From: Candidatus Hydrogenedentota bacterium
GTDB lineage: Bacteria; Hydrogenedentota; Hydrogenedentia; Hydrogenedentales; JAEUWI01
NCBI GenBank assembly: GCA_034669905.1
Contig: JAXMOL010000057.1
Coordinates: 1 to 47,079, forward strand
Direction of reading: 5' to 3'
DNA length: 47,079 nt
The first letter of the stretch is position 1. Each line of letters begins with the position of its first letter. This document shows, in pieces, positions 27,040-37,000 of this stretch. Below the pieces are notes generated by a model that made no database searches, was not told the origin of the DNA, and was given only the letters and a program-made list of their open reading frames with translations. Made by a program: the position numbers and the translations under genes.

Positions 27040-27263
27040 TTTTTTCCGGCCTCACCCTTTACATGATGGCCATTCTCCTCCAGTGGTTGGGACCCCGTCT
27101 GGAACTGGAGTTTCGTGGATTCTGGACCATTATCCCGAAAAGCACCGAGCCCATCATCGAATTGATGAAGCGGATATTGCCCCCCATGGGCCCCATGGAT
27201 ATTTCACCCCTGGCCGCTGTCGTGGCCGTCTATATTGTGCGCCTGATCATCGTGGGCTCCTGA
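27009..27263 (+). CDS. yggT: YggT family membrane protein
   Basis: TEPIIELMKRILPPMGPMDISPL motif flanked by hydrophobic helices. Confidence 0.88.
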   Translation: MSAQHLVVSLIFSGLTLYMMAILLQWLGPRLELEFRGFWTIIPKSTEPIIELMKRILPPMGPMDISPLAAVVAVYIVRLIIVGS

Positions 27264-27305
27264 GTCCCGGGACGTCACGAGGCCAGACCCGGAGGGGAAC
27301 AGGCC

Positions 27306-27950
27306 ATGTTGGAATCAGACTACCGCGCACTGCGACTCGCCATGGTCGAAAATCAGTTGCGCAAACACGCGACCGAAGACCCCGAACTTCTCGCCCGTAT
27401 GGAAGTGGTGCCGCGCCATTGTTTTGTGCCCCACGCGCTGCGCCATATGGCCTATGCCGATCACCCGCTCTCCATTGGCGACGGGCAGACCATTTCCCAG
27501 CCCTATATGGTTGCGTACATGACGGCCCTCCTCCAACTGCAGCCCACCGACCAGGTATTGGAAATCGGCACGGGTTCGGGCTATCACACCGCCGTACTCG
27601 CAGGCTTGTGTGGCCATGTGGTGAGTATCGAACGCCATCCGCGCCTGAGCGAACAGGCCCGCGCCTGCCTGGCGCAACTACGGATTTCCAATGTCACCCT
27701 GCACTGCGGTGACGGGAGTCTGGGCTGGGCGCCCACCGCCCCGTATGACGCTATCGTGGTGGCGGCGGGGAGTCCGAAAGTACCGCCGGAACTCATCCGG
27801 CAGCTGGCCGAAGGCGGCCGACTGGTGTGCCCCGTGGGCGATCGAAAACGGCAGGAGCTTCTCTGCGTCCGGAAAAAAAGAGGCGGGTTCGCCACCACGA
27901 CCCACACCGCGTGCATCTTCGTACCCCTGCTGGGAAAAGATGGCTGGTGA
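27306..27950 (+). CDS. pcm: Protein-L-isoaspartate O-methyltransferase
   Basis: VPRHCFV, IGDGQTISQPYMVA, VLEIGTGSGY, GDGSLGW, PYDAI and FVPL motifs. Confidence 0.96.
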   Translation: MLESDYRALRLAMVENQLRKHATEDPELLARMEVVPRHCFVPHALRHMAYADHPLSIGDGQTISQPYMVAYMTALLQLQPTDQVLEIGTGSGYHTAVLAGLCGHVVSIERHPRLSEQARACLAQLRISNVTLHCGDGSLGWAPTAPYDAIVVAAGSPKVPPELIRQLAEGGRLVCPVGDRKRQELLCVRKKRGGFATTTHTACIFVPLLGKDGW

Positions 27951-27996
27951 TGAAGGCTGTGGGCGAACCCGCCTTTTTCAATCTGAGAACCGAATA

Positions 27997-28410
27997 CTAG
28001 CCCAGGATTTCGTAGGGCTGGGCGTTGCCGTCGATGGCCGCCTTCACATACTTCCGCACGTCGGTGGCACTGATGCCACTGGCAATACATTCGGCAACGG
28101 CATCACGCAGGTGGGCCTGAACCATGGTATGGATACGGTCGGTGCAAAGACCGGGGGCCGCATCGGAAACGGTCACACCTACGCCACGGCGTGTGTGGAC
28201 CAACTGCATGAGTTCCAGATCACGGTAGGCTTTGGTCACCGTATTCGGATTAATCTCAAGCATGCTCGACATGTCGCGGACCGAGGGCAGGGTGTCGCCC
28301 GGGGCCAACTTGCCGGATGCAATTGCAAATTGCACGAGGTTCTCGATTTGAACATATACGGCAATCGGGCTGTCAAGGTTTATGCTGAAACTTACATCAT
28401 TCTTAGCCAT
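27997..28410 (-). CDS. GntR-family (YtrA subfamily) transcriptional regulator
   Basis: PIAVYVQI, GKLAPGDTLPSVR, INPNTVTKAYRDLE, RRGVG with a short C-terminus. ATG 28410 with AAGGAG. Confidence 0.92.
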   Translation of the reverse strand: MAKNDVSFSINLDSPIAVYVQIENLVQFAIASGKLAPGDTLPSVRDMSSMLEINPNTVTKAYRDLELMQLVHTRRGVGVTVSDAAPGLCTDRIHTMVQAHLRDAVAECIASGISATDVRKYVKAAIDGNAQPYEILG

Positions 28411-28708
28411 AAACGTACTCCTTTTAGTGGCTAAATCCCCAACGCGGAAGGCTTCCGCCGTTGGGATACAAGGGCCGACCTCGGCCAAAGACAACGGACA
28501 ACCCCCACGACGCGCCTCAAGGCAAAACGCCGCACTCACTGATAAATTGGTTCTACGCGAAATACCGGGTGTACCCCGGCACCGTAGTATGGCGCGAATG
28601 CACCGCGCGGAATTGAGCAACGTAGGAGAAACTCAACTTGCTCCACCAGTTTACTACATCACTTCGGTCGACTTCAACCCAAGCGACAGGGCATTCCCCT
28701 CATACCCC

Positions 28709-29407
28709 TTATTCTGCTCGCAAAAACTTAGGATTATTTCCGGCAATCACCACACAGATCTCGCCCTTGACCTTCTTATCGGCAAATTGCGCCGCCAAAT
28801 CGCCCAGGTAACCCCGCTCTACCCGCTCGAATTTCTTCGTCAACTCGATACACACAGCCGCCTGCCGATCACCCAGTACCTCATAGGCATCCGCCAGTAA
28901 TTTTCCGATGCGGAAGGGCGACTCATACATAATCTGTGTATGGGGCGACGCACCATCTTCCTCAATAAACCGCTTCCGTTGGCCCGACTTCCGCGGCGGA
29001 AAGCCCTTGAACGTAAACGTCGCGGTCGACAATCCCGAAGCCAGTAGGGCCGTCGTCACCGCGGTAGGGCCCGGCAACACATCGACCGCATGGCCGGCGG
29101 CCTGGCAATCGCGAATAATACGGTAACCCGGATCGCAAACTCCCGGGCATCCCCCGTCGGAGCACAACGCAACCGACACACCATCGGCCAGGAATCCCAG
29201 TATGCGGGCACCGGCCCGTTCTTCATTGTGTTCGTGATAACTGAACAAGGTCCGGGGCCGTTCGATTTCATAGCGATCAAAGATGCGGCGGGTCATCCGC
29301 GTATCTTCGCAGGCCAGGACATCTACTTCACCCAGTATCCGGAGCGCACGGTGGGTAATGTCTTCGAGATTACCTATCGGTGTCGCGATAACGTAGAGGG
29401 TACCCAT
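28709..29407 (-). CDS. rsmI: 16S rRNA (cytidine-1402-2'-O)-methyltransferase RsmI
   Basis: MGTLYVIATPIGNLEDIT, ACEDTR, SDGGCPGVCDPG, YESPFR, ELTKKFE and KGE motifs. Confidence 0.96.
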   Translation of the reverse strand: MGTLYVIATPIGNLEDITHRALRILGEVDVLACEDTRMTRRIFDRYEIERPRTLFSYHEHNEERAGARILGFLADGVSVALCSDGGCPGVCDPGYRIIRDCQAAGHAVDVLPGPTAVTTALLASGLSTATFTFKGFPPRKSGQRKRFIEEDGASPHTQIMYESPFRIGKLLADAYEVLGDRQAAVCIELTKKFERVERGYLGDLAAQFADKKVKGEICVVIAGNNPKFLRAE

Positions 29408-29435
29408 AGGGTGCATTCTCCTGGTTGCGGGGCAT

Positions 29436-30440
29436 TCAGGACGTGGCGCAAATCGCCGGCTTGAACAGGGCGATATCGGCCTCGGCCATGGTCTCGGCCA
29501 GCGCACTGTACATCGCTTCGTCTTCGTAGACCCCAACAATCGCACCACCGGAGCCCGAAAACTTGGCGTGGGCACCCACCGAACGGGCACGCTCTACCAT
29601 GTCTATATTCCGTGGGTCCAAGGTATAGAGGTCACGACGCCGATTAAAATTTTTGTCGAGCAACGGGCCGATTTCTGCACCACGACCAGCCACCAGCAAA
29701 TCACGGGTGTCCTGGGCATAGGAAGCAAAATCTTTCATGGCTTGGATGACTTCACGGTCACCGGCCGCCCATCGCTCCCGTATATTATTGTGAAAGGTTT
29801 CCGAACCTTCGCCCAGATCCTGCCGGTAGGCGATAAAAAGCGGCGGCAAGGCCTTCGGATCCAGCGACTCGTAACGTCCGTAGCCCTTTTCTTTCATATG
29901 CTCTTCATCGAAGTCCATGAAGACACAGCCTTCATAAACCTGAATCACCCGGTCCTGTAGGCCTGCCGCGATGCCGAGCTTCTCGGCTTCCACACTGAGA
30001 ATTATATTGGGCTGGATGGACTCGGGAATCTCTACCTCGTAGTATTCCATCAGACAGCGCAGGGTCGCCGTAATTAAGGCACTCGACCCGGCGAGGCCCA
30101 GGCGACGGGGAATGGTGGAGCGATACCGGATAGAAAAATTCTTGTCTTCCAATACGATGTCGTGCTCGCGACAATATTCGATAAACCGGCAGATCGTGGC
30201 CTTCATGAGGCGGATGCCCCCATAGTAGCCGTTATTTTTCACATCTTCGTATAAATCATGGGGGGACTTATACTTGGATCGATCCTGCAGGCTGGGGACG
30301 ATTTCGATTTCTCGACTTTCGTACAAACTTACTTTGGCCGCAAACTGGCGAATGACAAAACTGATGGTCTTGCCGTAGTAGCCGTCGGACGGGTTGCCGA
30401 TGAGCCCGGCGCGGGCGTAGGCAGTGGCTTCACACGCCAT
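29436..30440 (-). CDS. GHMP-family sugar kinase, glucuronokinase-like
   Basis: ARAGLIGNPSDGYYGKTIS, PRRLGLAGSSA (GHMP ATP loop), GLQDRVIQVY and AKFSGSGGA. ATG 30440 with AAGGAG. Confidence 0.8.
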   Translation of the reverse strand: MACEATAYARAGLIGNPSDGYYGKTISFVIRQFAAKVSLYESREIEIVPSLQDRSKYKSPHDLYEDVKNNGYYGGIRLMKATICRFIEYCREHDIVLEDKNFSIRYRSTIPRRLGLAGSSALITATLRCLMEYYEVEIPESIQPNIILSVEAEKLGIAAGLQDRVIQVYEGCVFMDFDEEHMKEKGYGRYESLDPKALPPLFIAYRQDLGEGSETFHNNIRERWAAGDREVIQAMKDFASYAQDTRDLLVAGRGAEIGPLLDKNFNRRRDLYTLDPRNIDMVERARSVGAHAKFSGSGGAIVGVYEDEAMYSALAETMAEADIALFKPAICATS

Positions 30441-30738
30441 GGGGATACTCCTTCTACGGGCATTTGGAGAGAGGCGAAGCATACGCAAAGTGACATCCAC
30501 TTTGCAACCAGCAAGACAGAAAAGGGGCACAAAAAGGGGGATTTCGCGCCTAACCACTGCAGTATTCTCCCTATTCCCCCCTATCTCCATTTCACCCGCT
30601 GCCGCCCCAATCCCCCCTGCCCCACAAAAAACATTCAGCCTGGCTAAGCCCGTGCCGACAAAAGAACTTAGCGAACCGCGCCGCCCGGTAGTACGCAGGG
30701 CTGACCCCGTGATTCGCCGACACGAGTTCAAGACCATA

Positions 30739-30747
30739 TGTTATCAT
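30739..30747 (+). promoter_or_regulatory. Extended -10 promoter (TG-n-TATCAT) upstream of the giant surface protein leader
   Basis: TG at 30739-30740 and TATCAT at 30742-30747; the predicted start coincides with the base of a long stem. Confidence 0.4.
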
Positions 30748-30754
30748 TAGGGCG

Positions 30755-30908
30755 GTATTCTGCTGACAGTGATCGGAAGCTGGCCCGCCCGGGCAGCGAT
30801 GGGTGGGAGAGCACATGCCCGTTTCCGGCCCGTGCAGTGCGGCACGGGTAATCGTCCCCCGATGGGGATGTGTCCGAAAAATCGGCCCTTTGTCAGCAGT
30901 GGGAGTGC
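30755..30908 (+). promoter_or_regulatory. Candidate structured 5' leader or sRNA
   Basis: CTGCTGACA (30760-30768) / TGTCAGCAG (30891-30899) encloses nested helices 30784-30807, 30811-30820/30864-30873 and 30829-30848. Confidence 0.35.
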
Positions 30909-31004
30909 TCTGGCCAGGATGGTAACAACCGACTGGCCGACCGTTCGTATTATCCGCACAATACAGCATGAAACCCGATGGCATTCAGAGGGGAAGGAAT
31001 AACC

Positions 31005-34000
31005 ATGTTTTCATTCATGACGAAGTACGGGGTGCGATGCGCCCTGATAATCCTGGGGCTCTTGGCCACACAACGTGCCTTGTCCATCACGGTGACGACG
31101 GACCAGTTGGATGTCGTCGATGGGACGCCCTCCGCAGACGGTGGCGACCTCAGTTCCCTCGCCAATTTCATGGCGACACCCGGTAGCAACGGGATCGGTT
31201 TTGATGAGTTACTCTATATCGCCACCAATTCCGGCATCAGTCTCTCCATCGACTTTGACCCGTCGGTTACCGTGCTCTCTCTTGCCAATGAACTCCCTGT
31301 CATCACCACGACTGTCAACATTGACGGCGGCGGCACAGTGACCATCGATTGTAACGGGGACAATTTCGGTGTGGCCGCCCTCGACATATTTGGAGGCACC
31401 GGCGGTACTATCCAGGGATTGACTATTGTCGATTCTGGCGAAGAAGGCATTCGCCTGTCGTCGACTGCGTCGGGGTACCAGATTCTCGACTGCACGATCC
31501 TCAACAGCCGGACCGAGGGCATCAAGATCGAAGGACCCACCAGTGGCGGGCACACGATCCGCCGCTGTTTTATTGGCACCGATGGCGTTTCATCGAATGA
31601 TGGCAATGGCAGCCACGGCATTTATGTCAGCGCATCCTCCAACAACATTATCGGCAGCCAGACCGAAGCCGAGCGCAATATCATCTGCCAGAACAACGGT
31701 GCCGGCATTATGATCAACACCATCGGCACCGGCGACGTGGCGAGTAACAATGCTATCTATGGCAACTATATCGGCGTCGGATCAGACGGCGTGACCGCCA
31801 TCCCCAACATCCGGGGGATCTATGTGAACGCGGGTTCCGGCGACCCCAATTCGATTGACAATACCGTCATCGGGCAACTGGAAGTTACCGCCCGCAATAT
31901 TATCTCCGGAAACAACACGGCCAACGTCGTGCTCGAGGGCGCAACCCTGCGCAACACCGCCATCTACAACAACTATATCGGCACCAACCAAGACGGTACC
32001 GTGGCCGTGCCCGCTGATTCCGCGCGGGGCATCACCATCTCCAATGGCGTCGAAGGCACCCTGGTGGGTGGCGAAGTCGCCGCAAAACGCAACATCATCT
32101 CCGGCAACGATGCGTCGGGCATTGTTATTTCCTCCGCCAGCAACAACACCATTCAGGGCAATTACATTGGGGTGCAGCCCGACGGCGAAACGGCCCTCGG
32201 TAACGGTGGCAGCGGCATCGAAGTACGTTCTCCCAACGCCGCCTCTATGGACAACCTGATTGGCGGCAGTGTGGCCGGCGCCAACATCATCGCGAATAAT
32301 GGTGCCAACGGCGTCCTCCTCCAGCGGGCCACGAGCACCGTGGTCAATACCACCATTACCTACAATTCCATTTACAGCAATTTTAACGACGGCATCGATT
32401 TCAGTTTCGGCACGGAGAACAACGGTATCGCGGCCCCCAGCATCACCGGGTTGACCACCGGTTCTATGCCCTACTCGGTCGAGGGTAATGTCCCGATGAA
32501 CACCACCGGTCAGACCGATACCATCCACCTCTACGCCGACCTGAACAATCAGGGCGAGATTTTTATCGGAGAAGGTTTCGTTGGCGTGGGTGGCAGTGCA
32601 TTTTCCATTCCGGTCAACCTGGCCCCTTACGACAGCCTGAGTATTACCGCGACGACCACCGATCAGGACGGCAACACGTCGCGTTTCAGTTTCATCAGCG
32701 GGGTTACTGACGTGGGGGCCATTCCTCCCACCCTCACCCTGGATGTGAACGGTAGCCAATCCGACCCGACCAACAGCCTCCCCATTACCTTTGACCTCAC
32801 GGCGGACGAACCCATCAAGGTCTTGGGTGGCGGTCTTGTAGCAGGCTCGTCGGTCGTCTCCGACTCCGGCACGGCGGGCGCGACCTTTACGATTACCAAC
32901 CCCAGTGGTGATGAAAAAACGTTTGTAGTACAGGCGACGGCGACCTCGGGCGATGGTACTATCATTCCGCAGGTGCTGGCCGCGACGGTAGAAGACTTGG
33001 CGGGCAACGACAGTACCGCCACCTCCTCCAACGACACGAGCGATGGCACGGTAACGCTGGACACGACAGCGCCCACCGTAACCGTCAATTCGTTGTTGAC
33101 CAACGACACCTCCCCCACCCTGAGTGGCTCCGTCGATGATGGGGATACCGCGCGCACCAATGCCACAACCATCAGCGTTAACATTGATGGCAACGACTAC
33201 CCTGCCACCAACAACATGAATGGGACCTGGACGCTTGCGGACAACACCATCACGCCGGCCCTTACGGAAGGGCAGTTTGAAGTTGCGGTCACGGCTACAG
33301 ACACGGCAAGTAATGTCGGAACAGACGGTACATCCCTCGAAGTGACCGTAGATCTGACGCCCCCTTCGGCCTCCATGACGCCCTTCACCACCAACGACAG
33401 CACCCCAGACCTCTTTGGCTCGATTACCGAAAACGGCACCATCCTGGTAACCGTTGCCGGACAGGCCGAGGGGGGCAGTATCAGCACGGGCAGCTGGAAC
33501 GTCGATGGCACGAGCCTCACTACCATCGCCGATGGCACCTACAACGTCCAGCTGGATGTGGCCGATAACGCAGGCAACACCGACTCTATCACCATCCCCA
33601 ACGGACTGACGGTAGATACCACAGCGCCCGTGGTGACCATCGATGCCGTTTCCAGCAACAATCGCCGGCCCACCTTTACCGGCACAGTAACCGACAGCAC
33701 CATGACGTCCATGTCGATCACTGTGGACGCCCAGACCTTCGGCGCGACAGTCGTGGGCAGCGCCTGGAGTGCCGTCCCCCCGGCGGACTTACCCGACGGC
33801 CTCTTCAATATCGTCGCCAACGCCACCGACGCCGCCGGCAACATGACGATGGAGACCCGAAGCAATGGTGCGGCGATTGATGCCACCGCCCCGACGGTAA
33901 CGGTCACTTCGCTCACCACCGCCGATGCGACCCCCGCCCTTTCCGGCATGGTCGATGATGGCACCACGGACAAGACCAACGCGGTGACCATCAGTATCAT

Positions 34001-37000
34001 GGTGGGGGGGGCGACTTATGGTGCCACCAACAATATGGACGGCACGTGGTCGCTTCCGGACAACACGATTTCACCCAACCTCCTCGATGGGGATCATGAT
34101 GTGGTCGCCACGGCTACCGATGCCCTGGGGAACGTGGGTACCGATGGCTCGACCAATGAGTTGTTTGTCGACACAACCGATCCCGTCGTCACGGTCGATC
34201 CGCTGCAGACAACTAATACCACGCCAACCGTGACAGGTACGGTCGCCGATTCCTCCAGCACGACCCTGACGGTCGATGTCGATGGAAACACCTACACGGC
34301 AACCGTAACAGGGGGCACCTGGAGCGCGACCATCACCAACGCCCTGGCCGACGGGGAATTTGATGTCACCGCCACCGCCACGGACAGCCTGGGCAATGAG
34401 GGCACCGACGCCACCTCCAATGAGTTGACCATTGATACGACCGTGCCCACTGTTGCGGTGGATACCCTCTTGACGGCGGACTCCACCCCCACCGTAACCG
34501 GAACCGTTTCTGATGCCTCGACCACCACGGTTTCTGTGGAGGTATCGGGCAACACCTACGCGGCGACGGTTACAGCAGGCACCTGGAGTGCGGCCATCAC
34601 CAACGCCCTCGCCGATGGCACCTTTGACGTCATCGCCACGGCGACGGACAGCGTGGGCAATGAAGCGACCGACGTAACCGACAATGAGCTACAGGTAGAC
34701 ACGACGGATCCGGTGGTCACGGTCGATTTCCTGACCACATCTGATGCTACACCCGTGCTCACCGGCACGATAACGGATGCATCCACCACGACGGTCGATG
34801 TCACCGTGATGGGCACCACGATCACGGCCCTGGTTGACAACACGACGTGGTCGGCTACCGTGCCATCTGCCCTCGCCGATGGCACCTATGATGTGGTCGC
34901 CCTCGCGACCGATGCCCTGGGCTTCACCGACAGTGACAGCAGCACGGGAGAACTCACTATCGACACCACGGCCCCATCGGTGACCGCCATCGCACGGGCC
35001 ACGGCGTCGCCGACCAACCTGGGTACCGTTGATTTTTCCGTTACCTTCAGCGAAGCGGTGAGCGGCGTGGACGCGCTCGATTTCGACATCATCGTCGATG
35101 GCGAGTCCCAATCGAGTGGCGCGGGTTCCAAGCTCATCGATGGCCTGCCCCTCCTTTATACCGTGAACGGAGGCGGAGACCAGTACACCGTCTCCGTGGG
35201 CACCGGAACGGGTGACGGCACCATTGAACTCGAATTGCTGAACGACGGCACCATTGTTGACGGTGTTGGCAACCTTTTGAGCGCGGGCCTCCTGGGACCC
35301 GACGGCTATACCCTGGATCGGACGGCACCAACGCTTACCATTACCAGCACGGAGAGCGACCCAACGGGCGCCGGGCTCATTCCGGTTACGATTAGCTTCA
35401 GCGAAGAAATTGGCTCCTTCGACGAAACCCAAATCTCGTTGACCAACGCCGTACCCGAGATCTTCTCCGGAGATGGAACTACCTATATCGCTCAGCTGGT
35501 CCCCCTGGCAGGAGGGATCATCACGGTGAACGTGTTTGCCAATGCGGTACAGGATCTCGCCGGGAACGATAATCAGACCGGTGCGATGTTCGCAATCACC
35601 TACCAGATGCCAGGTGAAGGTGAAGGTGAAGGTGAAGGTGAAGGTGAAGGTGAAGGTGAAGGTGAAGGTGAAGGCGAGGGTGAAGGCGAGGGTGAAGGCG
35701 AAGGCGAAGGTGAAGGTGAAGGTGAAGGTGAAGGTGAAGGTGAAGGCGAAGGTGAAGGCGAAGGTGAAGGTGAAGGCGAAGGCGAGGGTGACGTGGATGA
35801 CTGTTTGGCCCTGTGTCCCGAAGAGGATGTGGACGCCGACGGTGACGGACTCACCGCCTGTGAGGAAGCCTGCTACGGATTGGACGATAACAAGACCGAC
35901 TCCGACGACGACGGTATGGCCGATGTATTCGAAGTGCGTTTCGGGCTTGATCCCTTGTTTAACGATGCCGACGACGACCTCGATCTCGACGGACTCACCA
36001 ACCTGGATGAATTCCTGGAGAACAGTGACCCATCCAACCCCAACAGCCCGAACGAGACCTTCTTCGTGGATAACGGCGGCAGCGACATCACCGGCAACGG
36101 TAGCGCCGCGCAACCCTTCCAGACCATTGGCCATGCGATTGCCCAGGCATCGCCGCGGGTTGGCTTCCCCTCCCGAATCATGGTCCGCGATGGCACCTAC
36201 GTGGAAGACATCACCCTTCGCAAGCGCGTGATCGTGGAGGGTCAGTCCCGCGATGGCGTGGTGCTTATGGGTCAGGTCGTCGGCGCCACCAACAGCATCA
36301 TTCGCCGCCTCACGCTCATGCCGTCCGGCGATGAACGCTACATGATGGATATCAATGACGTAACCATGCGGGTCGTCCGCGTTTCCTTCGTTGGAACGAC
36401 GGCACGGGACGTCACCGGCATTCTGGTCGATGGAGAAGCCGCCGCGAAAACAGTGATTGACCTGTGCTCCTTCCGGTCCCTCGGTGTGGGCATTGATATC
36501 GGGGGCGCGGTACCTGTCATTCGCCGCTGTTCCTTCGGGGACATCCCCGCCTCCTTTGGCGACCCGGCTGCTCCGGGTGCGGGCATTATCATCCGCGCCC
36601 TCGAAACGGAGACCACCAGCACCAAGTCTCTCGGTGATGCGACCGACCCGGAAACGGGTTGGAACGACTTCCTCATGAGCATCGAGGGAGACGCGGTCAT
36701 CAACGAGCGCGATGAGTCCATCAATATGCAGTCCAACTACTGGGGTGTAGACAACCTCTCCGAAGCGGAGGCACGGGTTTCCGGCCCCGCCGTGGTCGAG
36801 CCTATCCTGGCCACCAGTTCTGCCGTGCTGGCCGCCTCCGTCTTCTGCACGGTATGGCAGGAAACCGATCAGAAGCGTATCGGCGACGCCGAGTTGACGC
36901 TGGAAGTCAGCGCCTTCAAGACCGTTACGGATAACACGGATGGCATTTATGCTTTCCCTGCCATCTCCGAGGGACAATACTCCGTCGTCGTGAATGCCCT

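Noticed and set aside
30774..30848. c-di-GMP-II riboswitch (GGAA...GCAC...GTGC)
   Set aside because: Lacks the kink-turn UGA/GAG elements and terminal AACCG; kept only as an unclassified structured leader.
35536..36231. Poly-VK, poly-SP and poly-FT ORFs
   Set aside because: Alternative-frame readings of the GGTGAA microsatellite.
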